Below, piece by piece: positions 47,385 to 57,680 of a stretch of 64,000 nt of DNA. Position numbers and translations under genes: made by a program. The stretch's first letter is position 1; every line of letters begins with the position of its first letter. The DNA is from an uncultured bacterium (GTDB lineage: Bacteria > Verrucomicrobiota > Verrucomicrobiia > Verrucomicrobiales > DEV007). The notes beneath the pieces are model-generated. The model made no database searches. It saw only the letters and a program-made list of their open reading frames with translations, and had not been told where the DNA came from. The stretch lies in contig CAXBMO010000028.1 in NCBI GenBank assembly GCA_963977015.1, forward strand, positions 1-64,000. Direction: 5' to 3'.

Positions 47385-48476
47385 ATGGCCGACGAAGTCG
47401 ATTCCATTTCCAAATCCAAACCGGGCGACTTTGCTGACGCTCCCATCAATCAGTCCCTCACCAAGGAGGACAAGATCGGGTTACTCAACCAGATGCTGCG
47501 TATTCGCCGCTTCGAGGAGACCGCGAACAAGTATTACAGTGCCGGGAAAATGGGAGGTTTCCTCCACCTCTACATCGGTCAGGAAGCCGTCGCGGTTTCC
47601 GCGGCTTCATTGATGGGGGACGATGACCACATGATCACCGCGTATCGCGATCACGGTCATGGATTGGCAGTCGGGATGACGATGAATGAGTGTATGGCCG
47701 AGCTTTTCGGACGCGAGACCGGTTGTTCCAAGGGCAAGGGCGGATCGATGCACTACTTTGCGCCGGACAAGAACTATTGGGGTGGCCACGGTATCGTTGC
47801 CGGGCAAACTCCGCTGGGGCTGGGAATCGCCTACGCGCTGAAATACCACGAGAAAGAGGGTTGCTGCATGTGTTTCCTCGGCGATGGCGCGGTCAACCAG
47901 GGCGCGTTTCACGAATCGTTGAATCTGGCTGAACTCTGGGATGTCCCGGTCATCTACATCATCGAGAACAACGGTTACTCGATGGGAACCAGCCAGGAAC
48001 GTTCCTCAGCCCATGGAGAACACCTTGCCCAACGCGCCGAAGCCTATGGCATGGAGTGGGCCGTGATGAACGGATCCCACATTTACGAGCTGCGCGACGG
48101 AATCGGCAAAGCGATTGAGCGGGCCCACAAAGAGTCCCGCCCAACCATGCTGGAGGTCGATACCTATCGTTATCGCGGTCACTCCGTGGCGGATGCGAAC
48201 GCAACCAAGTATCGCACCAAGGACGAAATCGAGGACTACAAGAACAATCACGACCCCCTCAATCTGTGGAAACAGCAGTTGGAGGACGAAGGTCTCCTCA
48301 CGGAAGAGGACTACAAGCAGATGAACAAAGACGCCAAGCTCGAGGCTGAAGCGTCCGCTGAATTTGCCGAGCAGAGCAACTGGCCACCGGAAAGCGACAT
48401 CATGAAGGACATCTACTACGAGGTGGATGAGCAGACTGAAGCTGGATTGACCGGACAACACTTTTTCAACCACTAA
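47385..48476 (+). CDS. pdhA: Pyruvate dehydrogenase E1 alpha
   Basis: GFLHLYIGQEA, GKGGSMH, GDGAVNQG, YRYRGHS. Confidence 0.95.
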   Translation: MADEVDSISKSKPGDFADAPINQSLTKEDKIGLLNQMLRIRRFEETANKYYSAGKMGGFLHLYIGQEAVAVSAASLMGDDDHMITAYRDHGHGLAVGMTMNECMAELFGRETGCSKGKGGSMHYFAPDKNYWGGHGIVAGQTPLGLGIAYALKYHEKEGCCMCFLGDGAVNQGAFHESLNLAELWDVPVIYIIENNGYSMGTSQERSSAHGEHLAQRAEAYGMEWAVMNGSHIYELRDGIGKAIERAHKESRPTMLEVDTYRYRGHSVADANATKYRTKDEIEDYKNNHDPLNLWKQQLEDEGLLTEEDYKQMNKDAKLEAEASAEFAEQSNWPPESDIMKDIYYEVDEQTEAGLTGQHFFNH

Positions 48477-48477
48477 G

Positions 48478-49452
48478 ATGCCCGAGATCACTTATCGCCA
48501 GGCCCTGAATGAAGCGCTCGCCGAGGAAATCGAGCGAGATCCCAACGTCTTCATCATGGGAGAAGAAGTTGCCCAGTACAACGGAGCCTACAAGGTTACC
48601 GAAGGCTTGTGGAAGAAGTATGGCGACAAACGCGTCGTCGATGCGCCCATCAGTGAAGCCGGTTTCATCGGCATGGGTGTCGGCGCCTCCATGTTGGGCC
48701 TTCGCCCCGTGATGGAGCTGATGTTCTGGAGCTTCGCTTACGTCGCGTTCGACCAAATGATCAACAACGCGGCAACCGTTCGCTACATGTCGGGCGGCTT
48801 GATCCACTGTCCGATCGTGGTTCGCGGCCCCGCAAACGGCGGCACCAACGTGGGAGCCACCCACAGTCACACGCCGGAAAACCTGTTCGCCAACATGCCT
48901 GGACTGAAAGTCTGCGTCCCAGCAACGGCGTATGATGCCAAGGGCCTCATGAAAACGGCGATTCGGGACAACGATCCGGTTTACGTCATGGAGAACACGC
49001 TTCTATACGGCGAAACCTGGGAAGTTCCGGAAGGCGAATACACCATTCCGCTCGGCGTGGCAGATGTGAAGAAGCACGGTTCCGACATTTCCCTGATCGC
49101 CCACGGTCGCGCAGCCCTGACCTGCCTGAAAGCGGCAGAAATCCTCGCGGAGGACTACAATATCGATGCCGAAGTCGTCGATTTGCGCTCCATTCGCCCG
49201 TTGGATGAGGCGGCCATTCTCGAGAGCGTCAGAAAAACGAATCGCGCTGTGGTGGTTGAAGAGAACAAGCCATTCTGCGGCGTTGGCGCTCAAATTGCCT
49301 CCCTCATCAGCGAAAAAGCGTTCGATGATCTCGATGCTCCCGTGATGCGACTTTCCGCCATGGATGCACCGGCGATCTACAGCCCAAAACTTGAGGAACT
49401 CCAGCTTCCTCGTCCCAACGACGTTGTCGAAAAAGTACTCGCAATATCCTAG
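48478..49452 (+). CDS. pdhB: Pyruvate dehydrogenase E1 beta
   Basis: GEEVAQYNGAYKVT, DAPISEAGF, DLRSIRPLD. Confidence 0.95.
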   Translation: MPEITYRQALNEALAEEIERDPNVFIMGEEVAQYNGAYKVTEGLWKKYGDKRVVDAPISEAGFIGMGVGASMLGLRPVMELMFWSFAYVAFDQMINNAATVRYMSGGLIHCPIVVRGPANGGTNVGATHSHTPENLFANMPGLKVCVPATAYDAKGLMKTAIRDNDPVYVMENTLLYGETWEVPEGEYTIPLGVADVKKHGSDISLIAHGRAALTCLKAAEILAEDYNIDAEVVDLRSIRPLDEAAILESVRKTNRAVVVEENKPFCGVGAQIASLISEKAFDDLDAPVMRLSAMDAPAIYSPKLEELQLPRPNDVVEKVLAIS

Positions 49453-49473
49453 GGAAAGTCCCATCCTGACATT

Positions 49474-49836
49474 GTGTCACAGACAAGGTTGGACAATGAC
49501 ACTTTAGAGGGCCTCACGGTCACTCCGAAGGAAGAAACGGATCTCGACCTGCGATATGTCGTTCAATTGAGCGGCGAAGCGCTGGAAGGGGAATCTGTCG
49601 ACCATTGGCTGCCGGTCGTTTCCTATGAGGAACCGCTCGACGCCGTTCGCGGTTGCTCCAATTTCGTCAACACCCTCAAGAACGTGGTGGGAATCGGCGT
49701 TTTGGATGATTTACCCGTATTTACACGGGTGTTGCGGGTCTTTGACGCCGAAGATGAGAAGATCGTGCTGTGGGAGGAGGACGGCTCACTGCACTTTGAT
49801 CCCAATATGTTCGACTCCAGCACTGAGCGAAGCTGA
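49474..49836 (+). CDS. Acidic hypothetical protein within the pdh operon
   Basis: Co-oriented 120-aa ORF filling the pdhB-pdhC gap. Confidence 0.65.
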   Translation: MSQTRLDNDTLEGLTVTPKEETDLDLRYVVQLSGEALEGESVDHWLPVVSYEEPLDAVRGCSNFVNTLKNVVGIGVLDDLPVFTRVLRVFDAEDEKIVLWEEDGSLHFDPNMFDSSTERS

Positions 49837-49905
49837 AAAGCAGTTCGACGGCGGCCCCATTTCCGATTGCAAACCGGCGGAGACCGTCTTAACTCGCCCT
49901 GACCT

Positions 49906-51180
49906 ATGGCTACGTTTATCGAGATGCCCAAACTGAGCGACACCATGACGGAAGGGACGCTCATCAAGTGGCACGTCAACGAGGGAGACACCATCTCCTC
50001 GGGCGACGTGCTGGCTGATATCGAGACCGACAAGGCAACCATGGAGATGGAGGCGTTTGACGAAGGAATCCTCGGCAAACTCTACATTCAGGAAGGTGGC
50101 AAAGCACCGCTCGGAGCGATTTTGGCGGTTTTGGTGGATGACGGGGAAGAAGTTCCCGCTGAGCCTCCCGCTGCCAAGGTTAGCGCTCCTGCCCCGGAAG
50201 AGAAAAGTAGCCCATCCGGAGGTTCCCCCAAAAAGCCGGGCGCGAAAGCCGCTGCTTCCGCTTCCACCGTTCCCGTCGCGCAAAAGACTTCAAGCGGGCG
50301 CATCAAGGCATCGCCGCTTGCCCGGAAGATCGCCGCGAGCCGCGGAGTGGATTTGCAATACATCGCGGGATCCGGCCCTGGCGGACGAATCGTCAAAGCT
50401 GATGTCGAAGGCGCACCAACCGGCGGCGGATCAAACGGTTCAGCAGCTGCGGCGCCTCAAGCGATTCGGCCAACCATGGATTTCGATCCGGATGCCAAAC
50501 GCATTCCGTTGACCGGCATGCGCACGATCATTGCCGAGCGACTTTCAATTTCCAAGTCAACGATTCCGCACTTCTACCTCAATGTGGAATTGGATGCCGA
50601 GCCGCTCATGAAATTGCGGAAGCAGGTGAATGAAACGGCCGAGCAAACTGGCAACAAGTTCACCGTGAACGACTTCATTTTGAAGGCCACGGTCATGGCT
50701 GCGGTCGACGTTCCCGAAGCGAATGCCGCGTGGGACTTTGAAAGCATCATCCAGTATTCCAGCGTCAATCTGGCGGTCGCGATTGCGGTTCCGGATGGTT
50801 TGGTCACGCCCGTGATCAAAAACGCGCAATCCAAAACGATGCTGGAAATCAGCAAAGAGGTCAAAGACCTCGCGAATCGCGCGAAAAACAAGAAGCTCAG
50901 CCCTGAACAGTTTGCCGGTGGGACGCTCACGGTTTCGAACCTCGGTTCCTATGGAATCGACAACTTCGACGCCATCATCAATCCGCCGCAGTCGGTCATC
51001 CTCTCCATCGGATCGATCAGCAAGAAGCCGGTCGTCAATGACGCCGGTGAAATCGTTCCCGGTCTTCGCTTGATGGTCGGAATGAGCTGCGATCACCGCG
51101 TGGTCGACGGCGCCGTCGGCGCGACCTACCTTCAGGCGTTCCGGAAGTACATCGAGAATCCGGCGCTGATGGTCGTCTAA
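49906..51180 (+). CDS. pdhC: Dihydrolipoamide acetyltransferase E2
   Basis: IETDKATME lipoyl site, ASPLARK, CDHRVVDG. Confidence 0.95.
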   Translation: MATFIEMPKLSDTMTEGTLIKWHVNEGDTISSGDVLADIETDKATMEMEAFDEGILGKLYIQEGGKAPLGAILAVLVDDGEEVPAEPPAAKVSAPAPEEKSSPSGGSPKKPGAKAAASASTVPVAQKTSSGRIKASPLARKIAASRGVDLQYIAGSGPGGRIVKADVEGAPTGGGSNGSAAAAPQAIRPTMDFDPDAKRIPLTGMRTIIAERLSISKSTIPHFYLNVELDAEPLMKLRKQVNETAEQTGNKFTVNDFILKATVMAAVDVPEANAAWDFESIIQYSSVNLAVAIAVPDGLVTPVIKNAQSKTMLEISKEVKDLANRAKNKKLSPEQFAGGTLTVSNLGSYGIDNFDAIINPPQSVILSIGSISKKPVVNDAGEIVPGLRLMVGMSCDHRVVDGAVGATYLQAFRKYIENPALMVV

Positions 51181-51196
51181 AAACGAGGAAGCGCGC

Positions 51197-51610
51197 TTAC
51201 TCGAAATTCTTCAAGATCACCCGTCCGCCGCTTTTCACGACGTGGGTGGCTTGGTTGGCCTCCGCGTTGACGGTGAATTGATCTTTGCGGTCCCAAGTAA
51301 TGCGCTTGGCATTGGTGGGAATCCGGGGCTTCGTTGGCGCGACGGTTGCCCGGCGCTTGTAGCTGCGGGTTCGCTTGGAGCGGGAAAACAACTTGGGAGC
51401 AACCGGGTCAATGACGACCTTCAGTTCGCCTTCCGGCATGGATCCCTTCACATTGAGCGAAGCCGGATCCACACGACGACCAAAGAGATCGAACAATCCA
51501 CCTCCTCCTTCATCTTCAGGGAGAGCAGCAAAAACGGGGTTCATTCCGACGACAAGTCCGCAAAGGACCGTGAGGTGTCGGCACATCTTGGGGAGTAGGG
51601 GCCTATTCAC
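51197..51610 (-). CDS. Hypothetical secreted protein
   Basis: Possible signal peptide; fills the gap co-oriented with the neighbouring gene. Confidence 0.5.
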   Translation of the reverse strand: MNRPLLPKMCRHLTVLCGLVVGMNPVFAALPEDEGGGGLFDLFGRRVDPASLNVKGSMPEGELKVVIDPVAPKLFSRSKRTRSYKRRATVAPTKPRIPTNAKRITWDRKDQFTVNAEANQATHVVKSGGRVILKNFE

Positions 51611-51669
51611 GCAACGGTTAGTCTCTCACAAATGGAGTCTAACCGTCAATCCTGGAACGCTTCGCCGAC

Positions 51670-52581
51670 CTAGTTTTCTGCAAACAACGTCTGTGCGGCC
51701 TCGCGAACGCGACTGCGATCCGCCTCTTCGACATCGCTCAAAAGCGGCAACATCGGACCAACGTCTGAAATTCCCGCGTAGGTCACGGCATCGTGCAAAA
51801 CACGAATCGGGTTGATCTCATTCCGTAGATCTTCGAGTCGCTTGAAAATTCCGCGCGTTTCCTCTGCGGCGGTGTAATCGCCGTTCTTGATCTGCTTCAA
51901 CATCGTCATCGACAACCGCGGAGCCAGGCAAACGCAGCCGGAGGTGAATCCGCCAACCCCGAAGTCCCGCAGATGAACAATGGCAGGCTGCTCGCCGATT
52001 CCGCTGACTACGATATTGGGATCCACTTTGTCGACCAGCTCGCTGAGCACGGCGTCTTCCGATGGATTGTCACGCACGATCGCGTATTTGATCCAGGACA
52101 CCAGTCCGTCGTCGACCAGTTCCTTGGTTTGATCCACGGTCAAATATCCCTCGTTCTTCAAATAGACGACAACCGGCTTTTCAACCGCTTCAGCAAAGTG
52201 GCGGATTCCACGCTGAACCCCTTCTTCAGTGGTTAGACCAACCTGCGGGAGAATCATCACGGTTGGGTAGTCGCTTCCCCGCAACATTTCCGCCTGATCC
52301 ATCATCACGCCATACGAAGGTCCCACGGCGGGAACAACGGTCGTCCCGGCACTGCTGATCTCCTCCAGCATTTCCAACAACGCCAAGTATTCGCTCGGCT
52401 TGATGTGGTAGAGATTGGCGTTTCCACCATACAGAAGCGTGGTTACGCCACCTGCTTCCAGGTGTTTCACCAAACGCAGGTTCTGGGCTTTGCTAAGGGA
52501 ATAATCCTCGTCACGAGCCAGAGGCGGAACGGCAATAACCGAGCTGGCGAGGAGTTCAGGCGTAATGGGCTGGGTGTTCAT
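51670..52581 (-). CDS. DHDPS/KdgD-like aldolase family protein
   Basis: VIAVPPLAR, LYGGNA, VVYLK, WIKYA, FTSG. Confidence 0.85.
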   Translation of the reverse strand: MNTQPITPELLASSVIAVPPLARDEDYSLSKAQNLRLVKHLEAGGVTTLLYGGNANLYHIKPSEYLALLEMLEEISSAGTTVVPAVGPSYGVMMDQAEMLRGSDYPTVMILPQVGLTTEEGVQRGIRHFAEAVEKPVVVYLKNEGYLTVDQTKELVDDGLVSWIKYAIVRDNPSEDAVLSELVDKVDPNIVVSGIGEQPAIVHLRDFGVGGFTSGCVCLAPRLSMTMLKQIKNGDYTAAEETRGIFKRLEDLRNEINPIRVLHDAVTYAGISDVGPMLPLLSDVEEADRSRVREAAQTLFAEN

Positions 52582-52781
52582 TCCTGAGATGATCTTTGAG
52601 CCATATCGCTACCCCGATTTCGCAGGGATCGAAAGCGGAATTCGCCACTTTGAGACAGGCTTTTGCGGGAAATCCCACACTTTTCGAAATTTTGAGAGAA
52701 TTTTCTTTTGCGCAACCACCTAAGCCGCTAAAAGGGTGAATTCGATTCAAAAACCCATAAACACTGAGTCATACAGGACCC

Positions 52782-53222
52782 ATGAAACACAACCGTACTT
52801 CTACAATCAGCACAATTATTGTCGCTATCGCAGTAGCCTTCAGCGCTACCTCTTCCTTCGCCATCGGCGGTGCCTGCTCCGAATGCACGGGCGGCCCCAA
52901 AACGACCGACTGGACCGGTTGGTACACCATCAAGACCGTCTGTGGTGTAAAACTTCAGGCTCGTTACTACATGAAGTACTACCGTTTCGGGACGCGGACC
53001 GAGTCCAACATCCAGTATCGCTACTGCAACCACTCCTCCAATGACATGACCGCTGATCTGAGCAATGTCATCCTTACCACCGTCAACGGTCAGGTCTTCA
53101 ATGTGGGTGGCGAATCCGTTCTCGTTCCCGCCGGCAGCGCCGTGGAAGGTCAGGTCTTCACGATCAACACCGTGGCTCCAGACAAGCTCTGCACACACGC
53201 CGAAACGTTGCACGTTCGCTAA
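52782..53222 (+). CDS. Secreted Cys-containing hypothetical protein
   Basis: Signal peptide ending SFA, then GGACSECTGG; own terminator. Confidence 0.72.
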   Translation: MKHNRTSTISTIIVAIAVAFSATSSFAIGGACSECTGGPKTTDWTGWYTIKTVCGVKLQARYYMKYYRFGTRTESNIQYRYCNHSSNDMTADLSNVILTTVNGQVFNVGGESVLVPAGSAVEGQVFTINTVAPDKLCTHAETLHVR

Positions 53223-53251
53223 GCGAACCTTTCAAAAACCATCAATTTGGA

Positions 53252-53288
53252 GCGAGTCCACCGGCAACGGTGGGCTCGTTTTTTGTTT
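53252..53288 (+). terminator. Rho-independent terminator
   Basis: CGAGTCCACC-ggcaac-GGTGGGCTCG then TTTTTTGTTT. Confidence 0.8.
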
Positions 53289-53303
53289 GCGGGCTGAGCG
53301 CGT

Positions 53304-53960
53304 TTACAGTTCCCGTCCCGCAATCTGGCCAAGCATTTCCAGCTCCGGCGCCAAAACTTCGCGCGCGGGTTTCCCACATGGCGCGATGCGTCCACAGTGC
53401 GTTTGGCTGACGAAACCCGGGTAGCCGGGAAGGTTCTGCGGATCGGATTCGCGATTGTGCAGCGTCAAAACCGGCGTCCCGGATTGCGATTGGTCGATCG
53501 AAAGCGGATGCATCCAGCAGGTGAAGGGCTTGAAGTGCCACGGGTGAAGATTCTGGGATTCGGCAAGCCGCTGCAGTGCGCACCGACCGTCATCGGCCAG
53601 AAACACACAGTTGGTTTGGGCAAAATGCGCCGGGTAATCCGATACCCGTTCGGCCATCGCCACGGGCTTGGTCGCGGTTTTGGGGCCTGAAGTCGTCTCC
53701 GACTTTCCGTAGACAATCGGGCGCTCCGGCAACTCCACTCCAAATCGTTCGAACTCGGACGCGTGGTCCACGACGAGCCCCCGAAGGATTCGCGCCTCGT
53801 CGGAATTCAGGTAAACGCCGTCGTGACAGCAGGTTCCGCCGCAACGGGCAAGGTCACAACGCGCGATCGGTTGGGAAAGTGCCTCCTCATCGATCTCCAT
53901 CTCGCGGACGAGGCCACGCACATGCTCTGCCGTTTCGCCAAAAGCAGTCGTCGCCTTCAT
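53304..53960 (-). CDS. DUF3109-like Cys-rich protein
   Basis: CDLARCGGTCCHDG, CVFL...CALQ, KPFTCWMHPL. Confidence 0.8.
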   Translation of the reverse strand: MKATTAFGETAEHVRGLVREMEIDEEALSQPIARCDLARCGGTCCHDGVYLNSDEARILRGLVVDHASEFERFGVELPERPIVYGKSETTSGPKTATKPVAMAERVSDYPAHFAQTNCVFLADDGRCALQRLAESQNLHPWHFKPFTCWMHPLSIDQSQSGTPVLTLHNRESDPQNLPGYPGFVSQTHCGRIAPCGKPAREVLAPELEMLGQIAGREL

Positions 53961-53961
53961 C

Positions 53962-54927
53962 TCAGCTTCGCAGCCGCAACACCGGATCCAGAACCGGCAG
54001 CGCCCCCGAATCGACTGCCACGGCCCGCAAATTCGCCACCGCTGGTGAAATATGCTCTAGAAATGCGGTCTTTTTCTTCACCAATCCAAGGAAACCGTAG
54101 GCGCCGAGCGCCTGCATAAGCCGCTGACAGGCGCATTTGTAAAACTGCGACCGAAAATTCGGCGTCGTGCTCCGTGTTTCTGCAAACGCGATCAAATCCT
54201 CGCGTTCTTCCGGCTTCATCGGGACGTAGGGATCAAAAATCAGCGAAGCAAGATCATATTCGGCGAGACCAAACCGCAATCCCTGATAGTCGATAAACAC
54301 CGGGTTGCCGTTCTGGATGAGAACGTTCTGGCTCTGGAAATCGCGGTGAATCAGGCAGCGCGGAGGCAAGACCAATTCCTGCTTGAGAGCGGCGAGATGG
54401 GGACTGGCCCGAATCTCCGCGACTTGATCCGGCGCCACATCACTGAAATTCGCGACGAAATTCTCGAAAAAGTAGTCCTGCTCCCAACTGTACATCCCTT
54501 CGTTGAACTCCGGGCCCAGTACCGGCAAATTCGTGGCGCAGCTTTCGCTCAACGCATGGATTCGACTGACCATTTCGAGCGTCTTCTCATACAATTTGCG
54601 TCGAACGGGCCACGCTTCATTGCGAAACGACCACAAATCCAATTCGCCAAGATCCTCGATCCAAAGGCGGCGATTTCCCGGGTCACGCGCCAGGATGGTG
54701 GGCACCGCCACGTTGTTTTCGGCGAGGTAATCCGTGTGTTGGGCGAACCGCGAATTTTCCGGAGTTTCCGACCCATACTGACAAAAAATGAGCGATCGAT
54801 CGCCCGTTTTCATGCGAAAATAGCGCCGGTCCGAGCCTCCCTTGGCAATTTCGGAAACGGAAACCGCATCTCCATTCAGATTCGGGATTTGCTGACGGGT
54901 CAGCGTGATAATGGTGTCGATTTCCAT
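53962..54927 (-). CDS. amgK: Anomeric MurNAc/GlcNAc kinase-like phosphotransferase
   Basis: GSDRRYFR, EDLG, HRDFQSQN, IDYQ, YDLASL; adjacent to a nucleotidyltransferase. Confidence 0.78.
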   Translation of the reverse strand: MEIDTIITLTRQQIPNLNGDAVSVSEIAKGGSDRRYFRMKTGDRSLIFCQYGSETPENSRFAQHTDYLAENNVAVPTILARDPGNRRLWIEDLGELDLWSFRNEAWPVRRKLYEKTLEMVSRIHALSESCATNLPVLGPEFNEGMYSWEQDYFFENFVANFSDVAPDQVAEIRASPHLAALKQELVLPPRCLIHRDFQSQNVLIQNGNPVFIDYQGLRFGLAEYDLASLIFDPYVPMKPEEREDLIAFAETRSTTPNFRSQFYKCACQRLMQALGAYGFLGLVKKKTAFLEHISPAVANLRAVAVDSGALPVLDPVLRLRS

Positions 54928-54973
54928 AAGGTGCGTAGCGTGGAAACGCGATTCTACGCCCTACGGCCGGTTT

Positions 54974-55921
54974 TCACAAATCCTCGCGCTGATAGCTTCC
55001 CAAAACGGGATTTTTCACGCCGGTCGCAATGCAATGTTCGAGTCTGGAGCCCGCTGCGATTCTGGTGCCCGGCCAGAGAATGGACTTCCGCAACACGACG
55101 CCGGCACCGATGACACAGCCCTCGCCCACGATGCTGAACTCGTCGATTTCCGAATCGGGATTGATCCGCGAATTCTTATGAATTCTCACGGGTGGAACCT
55201 CCATCTCAAACGACGGAAAATCGTGCGCCAGGGTCACGAAATTGGCTTCGACATACGCCTCCCGATCTCCCAAATCCCACCAATAACCTTCGTCGATGAC
55301 GATTCCCCCCAGCCGGTTGTGGTCGCGGATCGCGGTCAGAAACGCAGGAACGACGGATTGCGGATTCGGCTGCAGAAATCCAAGGAATTCGGGATCGACG
55401 ATGTAAATGCCGGTGAACTGGTAAAGATCGCTGGAATCGCTGTTGAGCGCGTTGCGCAAATCCACCATTTTCCCGGTTTTGGGATCCAACGCCGCGTTCC
55501 GGTTTGGTCCTCCGGATCGAAGAATCAGCGTCGCCAGATTTCCGGACTCTCGATGCGCGTCCATCGCCTTCTGGATCGGCAAATCCGTCAAAATATCGCC
55601 ATTGTAGACCACAAAATGATCGTCACGAAAATGGCTCCCGGCATTGGCCAACCCGCCGCCGGTATCGAGAATTTCCGGCGTTTCGTGGACAAAATGAATC
55701 GGAGACTCGGCGTATCGGCCTTCGGGAAACGCGGTTTTGTAGGCTTTGGCCAAATGATGCGTGTTCACGACGAACTCCTCCACCCCGGCACTTCGAAGCA
55801 AATCGAACGCATAGGTCAGGAGCGGCTTGTTGGCGACGGGAATCAGCGGCTTGGGCAACACCTCGGTGAGAGGTCGCAGTCGAGTCCCGAATCCAGCGCC
55901 GAGGACGAAGGCCTTTTTCAC
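54974..55921 (-). CDS. murU: Sugar-phosphate nucleotidyltransferase (MurU-like)
   Basis: AFVLGAGFGTRLRPLT..PKPLIPV, LDTGGG, YNGDI. Confidence 0.78.
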   Translation of the reverse strand: MKKAFVLGAGFGTRLRPLTEVLPKPLIPVANKPLLTYAFDLLRSAGVEEFVVNTHHLAKAYKTAFPEGRYAESPIHFVHETPEILDTGGGLANAGSHFRDDHFVVYNGDILTDLPIQKAMDAHRESGNLATLILRSGGPNRNAALDPKTGKMVDLRNALNSDSSDLYQFTGIYIVDPEFLGFLQPNPQSVVPAFLTAIRDHNRLGGIVIDEGYWWDLGDREAYVEANFVTLAHDFPSFEMEVPPVRIHKNSRINPDSEIDEFSIVGEGCVIGAGVVLRKSILWPGTRIAAGSRLEHCIATGVKNPVLGSYQREDL

Positions 55922-56078
55922 GGGCCATTCTCTAGGCTCAGGTCTCCCGACTCGCAAGCGGCTTGTGAGGGTTAAACGAAGCACCTTTTTCACAAAAAAC
56001 TTTTCCGTCCATCAAATGGAAGAGCGGTTGAAAACGTCTCTAACCGACTCCCTATTGCCTGCCCCTCACATCCCCCTA

Positions 56079-56714
56079 ATGAGCGAAATCACCCTACCCG
56101 ATCGTTTCCCCACCTTTCTCATCTTTGGCGCCCCCGGCTGCGGCAAAGGCACCCAGGGCGCCATCATCGCACAAATCCCGCGATTTCATTACTTTTCGTG
56201 TGGCGATGCCTTTCGCTCGTTGGATACGCGATCGCCCATCGGGAAGAAGTTCGTGCAGCATTCGATGCGAGGCGAGTTGGTGCCGGATGAGCTGACCATC
56301 GAACTTTGGAAAGACCAGATCGACAAGCAAATCGCCGCTTCCACCTTCAAACCCGACATCGACTTTCTCTGGCTTGACGGCATTCCGCGCAACGTGGAAC
56401 AGGCCAAGCTGTTGGAATCCTTCATCGAAGTGGAAACCATCATTCATCTTTCCTGCCCGGATCGGGATGAATTGGCCCGCCGGATTCGTAAACGGGCCCT
56501 CAAGCAGAACCGAATCGATGACGCCAACGAGGAAATCATCCGGGCGCGATTCAAGACTTACGAAGACGAATCGAAACCGATTCTCGACTATTACGGACCG
56601 GAACGGACCAAGAACATCGATGCCTCTCAACCTCCCGTTCGCGTTCTCGCCGATATTCTCGACGTGATCATGAAGACGGATCAATGGCGCGAGCTCTCCA
56701 AAACCGTGGTCTAA
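56079..56714 (+). CDS. adk: Adenylate kinase (short, LID-less form)
   Basis: GAPGCGKGTQ, GELVPDE, LDGIPRN, RIDD. Confidence 0.85.
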   Translation: MSEITLPDRFPTFLIFGAPGCGKGTQGAIIAQIPRFHYFSCGDAFRSLDTRSPIGKKFVQHSMRGELVPDELTIELWKDQIDKQIAASTFKPDIDFLWLDGIPRNVEQAKLLESFIEVETIIHLSCPDRDELARRIRKRALKQNRIDDANEEIIRARFKTYEDESKPILDYYGPERTKNIDASQPPVRVLADILDVIMKTDQWRELSKTVV

Positions 56715-56735
56715 ACTCAACCAACCAACAAGCCG

Positions 56736-57680
56736 ATGATAAACGTCGTTTTTATGGGAACTGGAGATATCGGCCTGCCCTCGCTGCGCTGGCTGATTGA
56801 GAATGACGCCACCAACGTCGTTGGAGTTTTTACCCAACCCGATCGCCCATTTGGCCGCAAGTTGGTGATGACACCGCCGGAGGTCAAAACCGTGGCGCAA
56901 GCAGCGGGCATCCCCGTTTTTCAGCCGGAGAAATTGCGAGACTCCAGTGCGCTGACCCAGCTTCGGGAGCTGAAGCCGGATTTGATCGTGGTCATGGCTT
57001 ACGGCCAGATCCTCAAACGGGCCGTCATCGACCTTCCGACGATCGCCTGCATCAATCTTCACGCCTCCATCTTGCCACGCCATCGCGGTGCTTCGCCCAT
57101 TCAAGGCGCGATCCGCGCCGGAGACCGCGAATCCGGCGTTACCGTGATGTATGTCGACGTCGGGCTCGATACCGGCGATATCCTCCTGAGCGAGACCTGC
57201 GAACTCACGGTTCATGAGACCGGAGGTTCGCTTCACGACCGGTTGGCGGAAATTGCGCCAGTCGCCTTGTCCAAAGCGGTTCCCCTGCTCGTCGAAGGCT
57301 CGGCACCGCGCACCAAACAAGACGAAACCGAAGTCACCTACATCGGAAAACTCAATCGCGACCACGGCAAACTCGACTTCACCGCATCCGCGACCGAGTT
57401 GGAGCGGCTGATTCGAGCTTACCATCCGTGGCCAGGCACCTACGCCTTGCTCAACCATCAGAAACTGAAGATTTTCCCGCAAACCGAGGTGGTTCCCGCC
57501 CTGCCGGAGTTTCAACCGGGAATGATTCAGGAAGCGGAGGGAGATCGACTCGTCATCACCTGTGGCAAAGGCGCGTTGGCGCTTCACCAGGTGCAACAGG
57601 AGGGACGAAAGCGTCTCGATGTGAAATCCTTCCTCGCCGGTCACGGTGATCAGCTCAATCCTGGAGTTTTGCTGGGTTGA
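56736..57680 (+). CDS. fmt: Methionyl-tRNA formyltransferase
   Basis: VFMGT, TQPDRP, AYGQIL, INLHASILPRHRGASPI. Confidence 0.96.
   Translation: MINVVFMGTGDIGLPSLRWLIENDATNVVGVFTQPDRPFGRKLVMTPPEVKTVAQAAGIPVFQPEKLRDSSALTQLRELKPDLIVVMAYGQILKRAVIDLPTIACINLHASILPRHRGASPIQGAIRAGDRESGVTVMYVDVGLDTGDILLSETCELTVHETGGSLHDRLAEIAPVALSKAVPLLVEGSAPRTKQDETEVTYIGKLNRDHGKLDFTASATELERLIRAYHPWPGTYALLNHQKLKIFPQTEVVPALPEFQPGMIQEAEGDRLVITCGKGALALHQVQQEGRKRLDVKSFLAGHGDQLNPGVLLG

Noticed and set aside
56094-57644. 516-aa minus-strand ORF
   Set aside because: Antisense to adk and fmt
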